Positions 13,031 through 27,058 of a DNA stretch of 64,000 nucleotides are shown piece by piece (position 1 is the stretch's first letter; each line of letters starts with the position of its first letter). The stretch lies in NCBI GenBank assembly GCA_030390025.1, contig CM059432.1, positions 68,822,001 through 68,886,000 of the forward strand, in the 5' to 3' direction. A model generated the notes under the pieces. That model worked only from the letters and a program-made list of their open reading frames with translations, was not told where the DNA came from and did not search any database. The position numbers were made by a program, and so were the translations under genes. The DNA is from Squalus acanthias (taxonomy: Eukaryota).

Positions 13031-13676
13031 TATCTCATTAAGGCATTAAAATGATCTAAATATGGGTGGGGTTTCCCTTTATTCATTTTCCGTGGTTTGC
13101 TCCTGAAATGCAAGATCATCACTGAACACCAGTATAAACCCAGCTTACTTTGAAAATCTTTCCTGGCCTTCAGAATGGAGGTTCTTAAAGTCAAAAGAGA
13201 CCAGAAAGTCTGAGCCTCGAAAATCTGTGGAAAGCCTTCTAGGGATGGATCTAGAGTGGTGCAGAACTTCCACCCATCCCATGAATGCATCATCGACTCC
13301 GTCCCATATCCCAGATCAAGGGCATTTACACATTGTGAGCACGTGCCTGGCCATTTATGGAGTGGATGGGACACTCACCTCAGGTGTTGGGCAGGAAAAT
13401 CTTCACGGTGTCTTATTGCAGTATAAGTGAGCGCTGACGCTTTGGGAAAATGTTGAAAAATGCTGGTTCTCCATTATGCCAGTTTGATTGTATTACCAAA
13501 ACTTTAAATGTTAAATCACCCCATAGGACATATTTCCCTAATTTGCATGTCAGTGTAATGCTATGTAGATGATCATATTAGCTTGAAATTAGCTAGATCA
13601 TAACCCCTCCAAATTAGTTGGAAATTTTATGGGGTTGCTGCCACCTGCCCATATAATGGCAGCTGTGCAACTCTAT

Positions 13677-14140
13677 GGGCTGGATTTTGTCAATGGGGAC
13701 GTGATGGAGGCGGGACTCCCACTTTTTGGGTTGTAGTCCCGCCTCCATTGACTTGTGGCCAACCCACTGTATTTTCCCTTGATTGACCTTGTTAAGCCCG
13801 CCCAGCGGGCTTAGCAGGCCAATCAAGGGTCCCTTGGATACAGGTGACGTCAGCCATTGAAATTTCATCTGTCAAGAGCTTTTGACAGATGAAATTTCAG
13901 CGTTTGTCAGCTCCTTGAAGCTGTTAAACACTGACAATATGATTTCTAACTTGAGTCCCTGTACTTAGACTGAGTTAGAAATCAATCCAGCACAGAAAGC
14001 AGAGACTGCAGCTTTTGACAGCTCCTCGGCCATTCTGCTTTCTGTGCCGTGGATGTGAGGGACTCCCGACACCTTAAGGAAGCTAGCTTGCAGGACAAAG
14101 TTAAGGTAAGTAAAAGTTCTTAAAACACTTTACACACACC
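13677..14140. mobile_element. Harbinger-derived terminal fragment with internal palindromes
   Basis: Starts GGGCTGGATTTTG like other Harbinger TIRs here; shares CTTGTTAAGCCCGCCCAGCG...GCCAAT...GGTGACGTCA with 22924-22985. Confidence 0.6.
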
Positions 14141-14529
14141 AAACACACTTACCTCTGCACTCATTAGGCACTGATTCTTGTCAGGATATGGATCTCCAGG
14201 TACTGGAAGCCCTCTGATATCTCAGCCAAATGGACATCTTTATGTGCTAGCCTGTGTAGCAGTATTAGTGAGCTATATTTCTAGGGGTGGGGGGAGGGAG
14301 GTGGCATCATCATTGAGCCCAGTCCAGTTCTCACGGACTTTCTAACAGGAGTCATTGGCTAGTGATCAGGAGCTCGAACCCTGCCCGGTTTTTCTTTTTC
14401 TCTTTTTTCTCTCTCTTTTGCTGTCTCTCACTCTCAACAAAACTGATAATGACTGGGGCTGTTACTTGGAATAGTTCATAAAGAATAAGAGGTCAGTCTT
14501 TTATTCAAAAGATGTTGAATAAAAGAGAG

Positions 14530-14987
14530 AGAAAGAAAGAACTTGCATTTGTACAGCACCATTCATGATGTCAAGACATCTAAAAAACACTTCACACCCA
14601 ATGAAGTGCAATCTCTGTTGTAATATAGGAAAATGTGGCAGCTAATTTGCGCAAAGCAAGGTCCCACAAACAACAATGAGGTAACTAACCAGATAATCTG
14701 TTTTGATGGTGTTGGTTGAGGGCTATATATTGGACAAGACACCAGGGGAACTCCCCTGCTCTTCTTCAGATAGTGCCATGGGACCTTCTACATCCAGCTG
14801 AGAGGACAGGCAAGGCCTCAGTTTGACATTTCATCTGAAAGATGGCACCTCTAATAGTGCAGCACTCCTCAGTACTGTACTGGAGTGTCAGCCTAGAATA
14901 TCTGCTCAAGTCTCTGGAATAGGGGTTGAATCCATGACATTCTGGCTTGGAAATGAGAGTGCTACCCCTTAGCCAACGCTGACACCG
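14530..14987 (-). mobile_element. DeuSINE/SacSINE1-like SINE, near full length
   Basis: Reverse complement of tRNA-like head, central domain and L2-like tail. Confidence 0.85.
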
Positions 14988-15138
14988 GTAATAAATTCTT
15001 TACAAAATTATATTCGTTAGCATCTGTTTAAAATTAAATTATTTCTGTTTTACCTGGGAGTGGGACTATCAATAACTTTAAAAAAAAATCAGCATGAAAT
15101 GACCATGAAATTTCATATCTTTTTTAATGTAACTTACT

Positions 15139-15744
15139 GGGGTAGAAATTGCTATATGTTTTGTCCGTTTTAGGTTGTAAAACAGGTGCAACATATACCA
15201 ATTTCTGGTCACGGGCCTCTGCATCTGAAATACAGTAGGAGCATGGCTGCCGCCATATTGGAGCTGCTTTCAGGCATCCCTTCTGGCCACGTGACAGCAG
15301 TGCTGGCCCAATATAGATATGCAAAGAAGGGTCCTGCGCCTGTTGCAGGACTCTTCTGCCATTTTGGACAAAAGCCCATTGGAGATTGTGCTGAGACTGC
15401 AGAAGAAACTGAAAGTTGCGTTTTTAAAATCTATCTGAATGTGGAACCAATTGCTCCTACTGGCTCCACATTAGAACTGTGGGTTGCTGCTGGTCCACAC
15501 TCATCCCCCTCCCGATCGCCACCTTCCCCCCTCCCGGAAGTACAGTAGGCTCTCGGTCAACCGAATATGCTTCTCCCTATGGCAGGTGAATAGCCTCTTG
15601 GGCGCACCTAGTGCTGCCAGTACGTAGGTTGCCTCCTAATGACGCAAGAGGTTGCACGGTCCTCTCATCCATCAGGTTAAGCGTGGTGGTCATTGCTGCC
15701 AATTGATTCACGCCCAAAAACGAGTGCGAGCAAATTTCCAGGCC
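15139..15744. mobile_element. Harbinger-type MITE
   Basis: Ends GGGGTAGAAATTGC / rc GGCCTGGAAATTTGC; flanks ACT/AAT. Confidence 0.55.
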
Positions 15745-16086
15745 AATGAGTCTTAAAGTTAAAGCCAACTTTCTGCAAGAGCCCAGGAAAAAAGGACCGC
15801 TGCAACTTTATAGACAAACAATAGATGGCGCCCTTAGTCAGGCAATCCCAATGCCATAAACATAACATTTTCCTAATTTCATGGGCTGAATCTGAGGTAC
15901 AGTTTTCTGGGGGGTTAGTGTGTTCAACAAAGCCCTTTAACTTCAAATCTTAAAGCAGTGTTCAGTGCAAATCAAAAATCAACAGGAAATGTTTCTTTCA
16001 CTGTTGTGTCACTACCTATATTGCAATGGCAATTGGATCGACTCTTCTTCAAAAGTGGTGTGAATTTTATATTCACTTTATAACAG

Positions 16087-17600
16087 TAAGAACATAAGAA
16101 CATAAGAAATAGGAGCAGGAGTAGGCCATTCGGCCCTTCAAGCCTGCTCCGCCATTCAATGAGATCATGGCTGATCTTCTGCCTCAACTCCATTCACCGG
16201 CCCTATCGCCATATCCCTTGATGCCCTTACTAGTCAGAAATCTATCGACTTCTGTTTTGAATATACCGAATGATTGAGCCTCCACAGCCCTCTGGGGTAG
16301 AGAATTCCAAAGATTCACCACCCTCTGTGTGAAGAAATTTCTTCTCATCTCAGTCCTGAATGGCCTACCCTTTATCTTGAGGCTGTGGCCCCTGGTTCTA
16401 GACTCCCCAGCCAAGGGAAACATTCTCCCAGCATCCATCCTATCAAGCCCTGTAATAATTTTGTATGCTTCAATGAGATCCCCTCTCATTCTTCTGAATT
16501 CAAGAGAATACAGGCCTAGTTTACTCCATCTCTTCTCATACGACAGTCCCGCCATCCCAGGAATTAATCTCGTGAACCTTCGTTGCACTCTCTCTATGGC
16601 AAGTATATCCTTCCGTAGGTAAGGAGACCAAAATTGTACACAGTACTCCAGGTGTGGACTCACCAAGGCCCTATATAATTGGAGTAAGACTTCTTTACTC
16701 CTGTACTCAAATCCTCTTGTAATGAAGGCCAGCATACCATTTGCCTTCCTAATGGCTTGCTGCACCTGCACATTCACTTTCAGTGACTCATGTACAAGGA
16801 AACCCAGGTCCCTTTGAGCATTTGCATTCCCCAATCTTTCACCATTTAGGAAATACTCTGCTTTTCTGTTTTTTCTACCAAAGTGGATAACTTCACATTT
16901 CTCCACATTATAATCCATCTGCCATGTTCTCGCCCACTCACTGAGCCTGTCGAGATCCCCTTGACCCTCTTCACATCCTCTTCGCAACTGACACTGCCAC
17001 CTAGCTTTGTATCATCAGCAAATTTGGAAATGTTACATTTAGTCCCCTCATCCAAATCATTGATATAGATTGTGAATAGCTGGGGCCCAAGCACCGATCC
17101 TTGTGGTACCCCACTAGTCACAGCCTGCCATCCTGAAAAAGACCCGTTTATCCCTACCCTTTGTTTTCTGTCTGTTAACCAATTCTCAATCCATGCTAGT
17201 ATATTACCCCCAATTCCATGTGCCCTAATTTTGTTCACCAACCTCTTGTGTGGGACCTTATCGAAGGCCTTCTGAAAATCCAGATACACCACATCTACCA
17301 GTTCCCCTTTGTCTACTCCACTAGTTACATCCTCAAAGAACTCCAATAGGTTTGTCAAACAGGATTTCCCTTTCATAAATCCATGTTGACTCTGCCCAAA
17401 CTTACTATTGGTTTCTAAATGCCCAGTTATTGCATCCTTTATAATAGATTCCAGCATTTTCCCAACTACTGATGTGAGGCTAACAAGTCTGTAGTTCCCC
17501 GTTTTCTCTCTCCCTCCTTTCTTAAATAGCAGGGTTACATTTGCTATCCTCCAATCTGCAGGAACCATTCCAGAATCTATAGAATTTTGGAAGATAATTC
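16087..17600 (-). mobile_element. 5'-truncated CR1-clade LINE with RT domain (frameshifted)
   Basis: ORFs 16846..17568 ([29 protein letters not shown]) and 16184..16987; (TTCTTATG)n tail. Confidence 0.93.
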
Positions 17601-18483
17601 TGCAAAATAAACTAATTTTGAAATGTTATCTTTATATATACTTTAATTGAGTGCACATGCCAAAGACTTTCCTTTTAGCTCACACTTTGAAAACAACAAA
17701 TGTTGCATTGCATTACACTGCCGGTCAGAGACCAGTAGTTATAGAGTGCAAAGTGCAGCCAGCGATTACATGAGTTATATTGCCGAGCTACAAATTGCAC
17801 TCCACCTGCCAGGAGAGAGCTCTGTGCACACGTGCTTGTCACTATTAATGTGAATGCTGTAAAGTGATGGTAACAGGGTGGATGCTGGCCTTTCGGGTAT
17901 CTTTCGCATGGGCACTTACAAGATCAGAAGAAGAATAAGTATTAGAATGCTAGCAATAAGATACCACTTGAAACACAGCTTCCACGCCAAAATTGTGTGA
18001 TGTGCTGTTGTGGTGCTGTTTATACCTGTGCATCAGGGAATGAATTAATAAGTGAGTAGGGAGAGACAGAATAATAAGCAAAGAATGGTACTAGCCCTGA
18101 GCTTGAGGGAGATTTCTGACTTCTCCCTCCTTATCTTGGTCTATGGCCTCCAGGCCCAGAATTTGAGGTCTCCACTCCTCATAAATCAGAAGAAATGTAT
18201 AATGGGCGGTTGAATTGATATGGCCAGTTTTACATTATCACCCAAAGTCAAAATTACCCCAATGGGTGTTAATTGCGAGTCCTCATTTGTTTTCACCTGT
18301 TATATGAGGTCTTTTCCTGTAATCAGAAACAAAACTTACATATAATAGAATTTGGAAAAGTAGAGACAGTGTTAGTCAAGTACCCACCCTACGTGCCACC
18401 TAGCTCTATCCACACCAGGTGGTGGCCAAAGGAGGAAAATCAGGCGGTGAGGCCCAATGCCAGATCTATACCCCATACCCAAC

Positions 18484-18930
18484 AGCTCAGTTGGTAGCAC
18501 CCTCACCTCTGAGTCACAAGGTTGTGGGTTCATGTCCCACTCCAGAGACTTGAGCACAAAAATCTAGGCTGAAACTCCAGTGCAGTACTGAGGGAGTGCT
18601 GCACTATTGGAGGTGTTGTCTTTCAGATGAGACATTAAACCGAGGCCCTGTCTGCTCTCACAGGTGGATGTAAAAGATCCCATGGCACTATTTAGAAGAA
18701 GAGCAGGGGAGTTATCCCCTGTGTTCTGGCCAATCAAAATCACTAAAACAGATTATCTAGTCATTATCACATTGCTGTTTGTGGGAGCTTGCTGTGCGCA
18801 TATTGGCTGCCGCGTTTCCTACATTACAACAGTGACTACACATCAAAAAAAGTACTTCATTGGCTGTAAAGCGATTTGGGACGTCCGGTGGTTGTGAAAA
18901 GCGCGATATAAATGCAAGTCTTTCTTTTTT
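18484..18930 (+). mobile_element. tRNA-derived DeuSINE/SacSINE1-like SINE
   Basis: Pol III A box (GCTCAGTTGG) and B box (GGTTCATGTCC), central GTAAAAGATCCCATGGCACTATTT domain, L2-like tail ..ATATAAATGCAAGTCTTTC. Confidence 0.88.
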
Positions 18931-19024
18931 TCAGAAACATACTGGAACCATTTTCCTCTGCCCCGATGGAAGCAGACATCTTGCCACGCTGTATTGAATG
19001 CCTACTTTTCCTCTCGACGCCATG

Positions 19025-19095
19025 AAGCAGCTTAGGATGGTTTTCTATGTTAGAGGCATTATATAAATGTAAGTTGTTGTAGTTGTAATAGTAAA
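19025..19095 (+). mobile_element. L2 3' tail fragment
   Basis: Similar to 410-476 (…ATATAAATGTAAGTTGTTG). Confidence 0.55.
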
Positions 19096-20174
19096 TATAA
19101 AGCTTCCTACTATTCAAGCCATTTCTCTTGGATTTCCACTGATCTTCCACGGAAGTTACAGCAGGAGATTGGGACAACCCCCACAGAAATTCTACACCAT
19201 GGTGTTTACCTCAGCCCGAGCCTGAAAAGGGCATTCAAAATATCTCAGCTTGTCTTATTTGGTTGTCCTCTGTGGATTTGAGCTACACATTAAGACTTGA
19301 ATGCATAGTCTAGGCTGATACTCCAGACATTTCAAGATGATAAAGAGCTATATATTTGCAAACATTATTAGTCCATGAACTTGGTTGAACTTTGTGGAAA
19401 ATTGCTGTGTGCACCCCATTGTTTAAGTCTTCAGCTAGAATCTTCTGCCTGGAATTTTTGTAGGGATTCACCCAATCTTTCACTGTAACTTAGGCAGAAG
19501 ATTGGTGGAACCTTCTGAGAGATAGCGCAAACGGCTAAAAATGGCTGTTTATGTGATCTCCCACTGAAGTTACGGTGGGAGATAGCGAGAACCTCGTGGA
19601 AATTCTCCCCTTCATATAATTTATTGCCGCATTGCATGCCATGATATGGCCTCTTTGAACAGTCTTGGTTGCCTTTCAATGAGTGGAAATGAAAACCAGG
19701 ACTTACTCATTGAGGGCACTATAGGGAGCATTCACCTTTTTACATACTGAATTAAAATATGGGTCAGAAAGCAGTATTGAACTTTTTCAGAAAAGTTACA
19801 ACTTATAAGCAAACTATGCTAAGAGTTATGCAGTTTTTATAAATAACCTGAATATAAGGTCACAAATAAATTAATGAAACAATCTTGAAGCTGATCACCT
19901 TTAACTAGATCACCTGAAACCAGTTGAGAGGTAATCATTATAGACATTCATTTTAATGTATAATTCAATGCTATCGTCAATCATTTTTTTATGTCAATAT
20001 AGTCAATGCGGTCTTATATGTAGAATTAAATAGAAGCAACGTTAATGTGAGATTCCAAGATAGTTTTGCACAAATTCACCATGGAGTGTAACACTGAGTA
20101 AGACAGACCAAGAAGATCCTCAGCTCTATCCCTGCGCTGTGTTGATTTCAGCCAGGATAGTGATGGAAATAGTA

Positions 20175-20690
20175 AAGAATTCATTTTAGGGCTGGAAGAG
20201 GTTACAGAGATATGGAAGGGTGAAGCTATGGAGAAACTTAAACAGAAGGATGAGAATTTTAAATGGGGGACCAAGAGCCAATGCGGGTCATCAAGGACTG
20301 GGGGTGGTGGACGAGCAGGAGTTGGCGCAGGATTGAATAAAGGAATATTGGTTAAAATATTACATACAGCAGCGAAAGGAAGTACAGCTACTAAACTGTA
20401 GGGAAGCAAGAAGATTTTGTAGAGGAAGCCAACTGAACTCACAGGGACAGATGAAGATGAGGAAAGATGAGTGGATAGAACTAGAGTTAGTGAGGGTAGT
20501 CACCACAGGTCATGAAATGGATTGGCTAGTGCTGGACATGAAGAGTGAATGATCAGTGAGTTGGGGACTGGTACAATCATATACAGTTCATCAAGAAGTA
20601 GAGACAAGTGCTGAAGGAAACCAAGAAAATAAGGATATTGGATAAATTAAGTGAGAGCCTCATTTAGCCTGCAAAAATAATGAAAATCAA
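20175..20690 (-). mobile_element. Decayed L2 LINE fragment
   Basis: Minus translation PVLDDPHWLLVP resembles the L2 PVLTDLHWLPV motif at 4..354. Confidence 0.5.
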
Positions 20691-21184
20691 GGTGGCCTGC
20701 AATTTCTTGAGGATTACCTGGGAAATGCACAGGCATCGCTCTAGATACCAAAAATATGGTTACTGGTGAAGTGACTTCCTGACCTTCTTAAAGTTGTGCT
20801 GCTTTGGGATAATTTTGAAAATAATTGCATTGTTGACTTTTTGGGTTTCATTTTTTGCATTTTGTTTGGTGCATTGAATTAACGCTTTGTTTTTGATTTT
20901 TCGTCCTTTTGTTTGTGTGTTTCATATCCTAGCATATCAAGGAGCTTAAAACTGTTAGGATGGGCACTGACTGTTCGGGAAATTCTTCTTACCCTCAGGG
21001 AGATAGTGCACGAGAGGGAGCTACAGAGGAATGAACAAAGGCAGAAGGTTCAGCTGCAGGTTCAGCTGTGCAGCCAAGAAGAATGCTTCACCTAAGTCAA
21101 ATAGATGACACTTATTCAATTTTAGAACATGCCATGCCCAATGAACCGTTCCACTGTGTACTATTATCCTCTACTTCATATTAT

Positions 21185-21398
21185 CTCCTGGCCAATATTT
21201 ATCCCTCAATCCACATAACAAAAACAGATTATCTGGTCATTATCACATTGCTGTTTGTGGGAACTTGCTGTGAGGAATTTGGCTGCCGCGTTTCCCACAT
21301 TACAACAGTGACTACACTTCAAAAATACTTAATTGGCTGTAAAGTGCTTTGAGACGTCTGGTGGTCGTGAAAGGCGCTATAGAAATGAAAGTCTTTCA
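21185..21398 (+). mobile_element. DeuSINE-like SINE 3' half
   Basis: Matches 63280-63495. Confidence 0.85.
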
Positions 21399-21447
21399 TG
21401 CATGCTCACCCATTCATCTGCTGCTACCAAAATCTCCTCTCAATCTT

Positions 21448-21860
21448 CGTTGTTCTCCTTAGAGCAGAGAAGGTTGAGAGGAGATTTGATAGAGGTGTTC
21501 AAAATCATGAGGGGGCTAGACAGAGTAGATAGAGAGAAAATGTTCCCATTGGCGGAAGGGCCGAGAACCAGAGGACACAGATTTAAGGTGATTGGCAGAA
21601 GATCCAAAGGCGACATGAGGAAAAATGTTTTTACACAGTGAGTGGTTATGATCTGGAATGCACTGCCTGAAAGGGTGGTGGAGGCAGATTCAATTGTGGC
21701 TTTCAAAAGGGAATTAGATAAGTACCTGAAGGAAAATAATTTGCAGGGCTACGGGGAAAGGGTGGGGAATTGGGACTAGCTCTTGCAGAGAGCCGGCACG
21801 GGCTCGATCGGTCAAATGGCTTCCTACTGTGCTGTAACGATTCTATGATTCTATGATTCT
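21448..21860 (+). mobile_element. CR1 LINE 3' end
   Basis: LFSLEQRRLRGDLIEVFKIM; (TTCTATGA)n tail. Confidence 0.9.
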
Positions 21861-22812
21861 AAAATCTGTACCATTACAAATGAACTTTCTGGCCAAAATG
21901 AAAATTCTATTCAAACAATATATACCAAAGCACCTTGTATATATGTTTTAATATTTTAATCCCACCGCCCCCACCCGTGCTTCTTCTTGGTGACTGTGTA
22001 CAGTGTGTGTCTTATGTTACCTAATTTATTAATCCCTCTAGATTCTTCTCCTGCCTTTTCTCAGGCTGCAGTCCACTCTGCCTGCCCACTCCCATGCTCC
22101 AACTTACTTCATTCTGGCTTCAGTGTCCCTTCCCCACCTAAACCCTCCTCAGTCCAACTTTCTCTCTCAACTGCCCATATTGTAGCACTCTCCATCAGCC
22201 TCTCCCTATTTGCACTCTGAACCGGTCTCATCTTCCTACATACCCTAGACCTTAAAAAGAATAAAGGATAGATATTGAGTGCTCAATAAATATGTGAGAG
22301 CCACATAGAGACATTGAAGACATACAACGTAGAGAGGTGACAAAGGGAAGGAGAGACTTACAGAAAGAATGAATCAGAAACAATGAGAAAAATAGTCAGA
22401 CAGTGATACAGACACCACAATGAGAAAAGTTTGTGAAGCTATACAGAGAGAGCAAAAGAGAGAGAGTGAGAAAAAGAAAGGGCTGATGACACAGACAGAG
22501 TGACACAAAAAGAATTAGAAAGTTGGGAAGAAACAGAGGCAGTTCCCAGAAGAGAGATATAACTGCTTTTTGTTCCCGTGAAATGCCACAGATCTATATT
22601 ATAGTATATTGTGTGTTACATTGTATAGTGCTCCTGCCCTTATAAAACAGCTTATCCTCTGACTCACTGTCAGCAATGCTGGGGATATCTGCTAGTATTC
22701 AATAAAATAAAAAATTTATTGTGAGTGGATCAATAGTTCAAACTGTTGAGCTTCCAACCAGGAAGTCGTGGTAAAAAGAAAAAACTGCAGGCACTGGAAA
22801 TCTAAAAGTAAT

Positions 22813-24516
22813 GGCCGGGATTTTGCTGACCTCGGCGGGTCCATGTCGGGCGATGTCGGTGGCGGGTCCCGACCCCGCTGCTGGCTCCATCCCGCTCTGT
22901 GTAATGAATTTCCATTGATTGGGCTTGTTAAGCCCGCCCAGCGCGTTTGCCGGCCAATTAGAGGAAGCGGGTCTGGTGACGTCATTTCATGACACATCAT
23001 CAGCCGGTTTCCTTAAAGGGACCATGGCCAAATTAATTTTGACATTTATGCTGTCAGTGTTCTACAGCATTGAGGTGCTGCAAACACTGACAATCACTGC
23101 ACAGAGGTGCACGGCTGTACCCAGGCTCTCCCATGACTCCCTCCATATGCTTATGGAGGGAGTCACAGCATGCAGGGAGGTCCTCTTCCCTTCCCATGGG
23201 CGGAAGAGACGTCCCCAGGAGATCAACACTGCCTGGTTACACATTGCACAGGAGGTCACAAGCAGGGATGTGGTCAGATGGACCTGGGTGCAGTGCCGCA
23301 AATGTTTCAATGGTCTCAGTAGATCAGGAAACGTTAGTAGAAAGCCACACTCAACCTCATCATGTTGTGCTTCTCATCACATCCCCATCACTCTGCCTTA
23401 CTCCTGCACATTCTAACTCACACCAACTTACCTTGCACCTCCACCCATCCCTCTCTATCTATATTATCACATCCCCATCTCACTAGCCACTCCTCACACT
23501 CACCCTCATCCTAGTGCAATCATACCAACTAACAACACACAAGGGTAGGCACTTGGGTGTTTTATGCAATGTTCATGTAAAGTTTCTGTTAATGTGCTGT
23601 CAAACATTGAAACCTTTATATGCAACACTTTCCGGGCTTGGACAAATTTGTGTGCACCTTTGGAAGTGGCTAGTGAGTTACAGTGAATGGTGAGACATAA
23701 CGGTACCCTCTACAATGGTGATGTGTGTGAAAGGAATGGTTTGGGCATTGTAGGGATGCTTTATGGTGTTGGTGTGGGGTGGTGCCAACCTGGCGCATCA
23801 TGTGGCAGCCAGGGTGTACAGCGTGAAATAAATCCGGCCATGATGCTCTGTGTCCTGTATAGCATCAGTTGATTGCGGAGAAGGTTGGTGTTGTTGTTGG
23901 TGCTGCTGGTATGCGTGGTGCTGCTGGTGTTGGGGCTGATTGTGGTGGGATTCTGAGGACCAAGGTGAGAGAGTATAAAGGGCACCCATGTTGATGGACT
24001 AGATGGCAGGTGAAGTTGAGATGACAGAAGCATTCTGTCAATGATGAGAGAGTTCATCCAATGAGGTGAGAATGGATGGAGAAGTGGAAAGCCTGCTGAA
24101 TGTGTGCTGGAAATGGAATGAGAGAAAGCTTCTGCCTGAGGAAAGTGAATATCAGTCAGGTGGGAGCTTTTACTGTACATTTGAAGCTGTCAAGTAATCA
24201 GCTGGAGCAATGACCACTGAACTCCCACCTCAGGTTGACAGCTGTGGTCTGCGCACAGCGGGGATCCCGTGGTCATGAAGTTAAAGACAAAAGGTAAATG
24301 AGAAAAGGCTGTTAAGCATCTGGCAATTAGATGCTAATCATTTTAATTAGGTCCCTGCCGCTGCCGGTCAGGTCTGCTCAACGTTGACAGACCCGACTTG
24401 GAATATGCGCGTGGCGGCGGGTTGACAGCGGGTTTCCAACCCGCTGTCAAAAAAAACACTTTCCCACCCAACCCGCCACCGATTGCGCCCGCTGACACCC
24501 CCTGAAACTTCCAGCC
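22813..24516 (+). mobile_element. Non-autonomous Harbinger retaining the Myb/SANT domain, copy 1
   Basis: TIRs GGCCGGGATTTT / rc GGCTGGAAGTTT; TSD AAT; ORF 22919..23416 with REVLFP...AWLHIAQEVTSRDVVRWTWVQCRKCFNGL; colinear with 39070-40830. Confidence 0.85.
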
Positions 24517-27058
24517 AATGAGTTTAAATTGAAACTTACTCTTTCTGAAGTTGAGTTTTGTCTGTTCTTGGATCCAGTGCTGGGTGATATGCTAATCTAA
24601 AGTAATCTGCTCAAATTTGGAGCATGAGATAACTGGAAATTATCCTTCTTGGAAAATTCTATCACAGTTACAATGGATGTGCTTTTGGATAAAATTACTA
24701 AATATAGACTACAACATGCAGGTGCACAACAGGACAGTATTCCTGACTGTAAGAAACAAATTTGGTGCTTAGAAACAATTTGTATCGATTATTGAATGTA
24801 TAACACCTGTACATGTTGCACCAACTCAGATTAGACTACATCACAGATCATGTTGTTTACGTTTTCCCTATGAGTCAAAAATAAACGGTTCATACTAATG
24901 TGTTGAGACATGCCCAGTGCAGGTTGATTATATCTAAATAGGAGCCACACAGTATAATGAAGAGTCTGAAGCCTTTCACTATTAAATTTTCTATGCAGCT
25001 GTTAAAATATATTGATGCCAGTCATCAATTTTGTGAACATGAAGTTCTGTACATTTCAAATGCTAAATATTATAAATCAATGTTAGAAAGGGGCAAGAAA
25101 CCTTACAGCCTTAATTCATTTAAAACATTTGTTTAAATCAAATGTCCTAGTTAAATGTACATTTTAATTTTGGTCTAGAAAAGGTCTAGGAATTGAACCT
25201 GGGCCTTCTAGTCTATATGATTTAATGCCATACTGTGAAGTGCCACACTAGGTGCACAAGGGGACAAGAAATGTATTGTGCTTCTCATACTTAATCCACA
25301 AGCACAATAATGGCTCATAAATTACTGTCAAAGTAACTGCAAGGCTAATGGCGCTCGCCGTTATTTATGCACAAATGCTACAGGAGCTTCAGGTGAAGGT
25401 GGATGCGGAGTTAAACACGGAAATCTAAAAGATGGTGTTTGAGAGGTGCCGCTCCGCTGTTGGCTTCACGAAAATAGCATCAGTGCTGTCTGCCTCACCA
25501 TTGAAATGCATTAATCGGCGTGAAGTTACTGGGGCAGAAATTGTGGTCCCCATGATGGCGTCGCTCAACGTATGCCGTCGTAATCCATCTGAAAGGCCCC
25601 GCAACTTTTGAGTCTCCTCATGCGCTTGTGCAAAACCTGGAACTTACGATCTGTCAAGATAGATCATCCAAACCGACTCTAAAATTAGTATTGCTGGTGC
25701 AGAGTTGGGCTATTTGCCCAACAACTGCCCAGCAATTGCCCACAAAACTCTTACAGCTGGTAAAAGCATAGGATTACATAGGATTGCATAGGATATACGG
25801 CACAGAAACAGGCCATTCAGCCCAACTAATCCATGCCGGCGTTTATGCTCCACTCGAGCCTCCTTCCGTCTTTCCTCATCTAAATCTATCAGCATTACCC
25901 TCTATTCCCTTCTCCCTCACATGCTTGTCTAGCCTCCCCTTAAATGCATCTATACTATTCGCTTCAACCACTCCCTGTGGTAGTGAGTTGCACATTCTCA
26001 CCACTCTTTGGGTAAAGAACTTTCTTCTGAATTCCCTATTGGATTTCTTGGTGACTATCTTATATTGATGGCTTTTAGTTATGCTCTTCCCCACAAGTGT
26101 AAACATTCTCTCTGTATCCACTCTATCAAAACTTTTCATAATTTTAAAGACCTCAATTAGGTCACCCCTCAGCCTTCTTTTTTCAAGAGAAAAGAGACCC
26201 AGACTGTTCATCCTTTCCTGATATGTATACCATCGCATTTCGGGTATCATCCTTATAAATCTTCTCTGCACCCTCTCCAGTGCCTCTATATCCTTTTTAT
26301 AATATGGTGACTAGAACTGTACACAGTACTCTAAGTGTGGTCTAACCAAGGTTCGATACAGCATAACTTCCCTACTTTTCAATTCTTCACCCTAGTGCTT
26401 GGTTTGCTTTTTTATGGCCTTGCTAACCTGTGTCACAACTTTTAGTGATTTGTGTATTTATACTCCTAGATCCCTTTGTTCCTCTACCCCACCTAGACTC
26501 GCACCCTCCAAGTAATAAGTGATCTCTCTATTCTTCCTACCAAAATGTAATACCTCACATTTATCTGTGTTGAACTTAATTTGGCAAGTATATGCCCATT
26601 CTGCAAGTTTATTAATGTCCTCCTGTAATTTGTTGCCGTCCTCCTCAGTATTGACTATCCTTCCCAATTTGGTATCATCCGCAAATTTAGAAATTGTGTT
26701 TTTGATTCCAAAGTCTAAACCGTTAATATAAATTGTGAACAACAGTGGTCCCAGCACTGATCCTTGTGGAACACCACAACCCACCTTCTGCCACTGTGAA
26801 AAGCTACTTCTTACCTCTACTCTCTGCTTTCTGTCTTGAAGCCAGCTAGCAATCCATTCTGCTACTTGTCCCCTGACTCCGCATTCTCTGACCTTGCTCA
26901 TCAGTCTATTATGGGGTACCTTATCGAAGGCCTTTTGAAAATCTGGATAAATTACATCTACTGCATTACCATTGTCTACTCTCTCTGTTACCTCTTTAAA
27001 AAATTCAATGAGGTTGGTCAAACAAGACTTCTCCTTTTGAAATCCATGCAGAATATTC

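Noticed and set aside
18484..18545. tRNA-like A/B boxes
   Set aside because: SINE head, not a tRNA gene: no complete cloverleaf and it continues into the SINE body
20928..21095. Pyrimidine tract and AG followed by a short purine-rich ORF
   Set aside because: No recognisable domain or strong donor; could be a decayed transposon fragment
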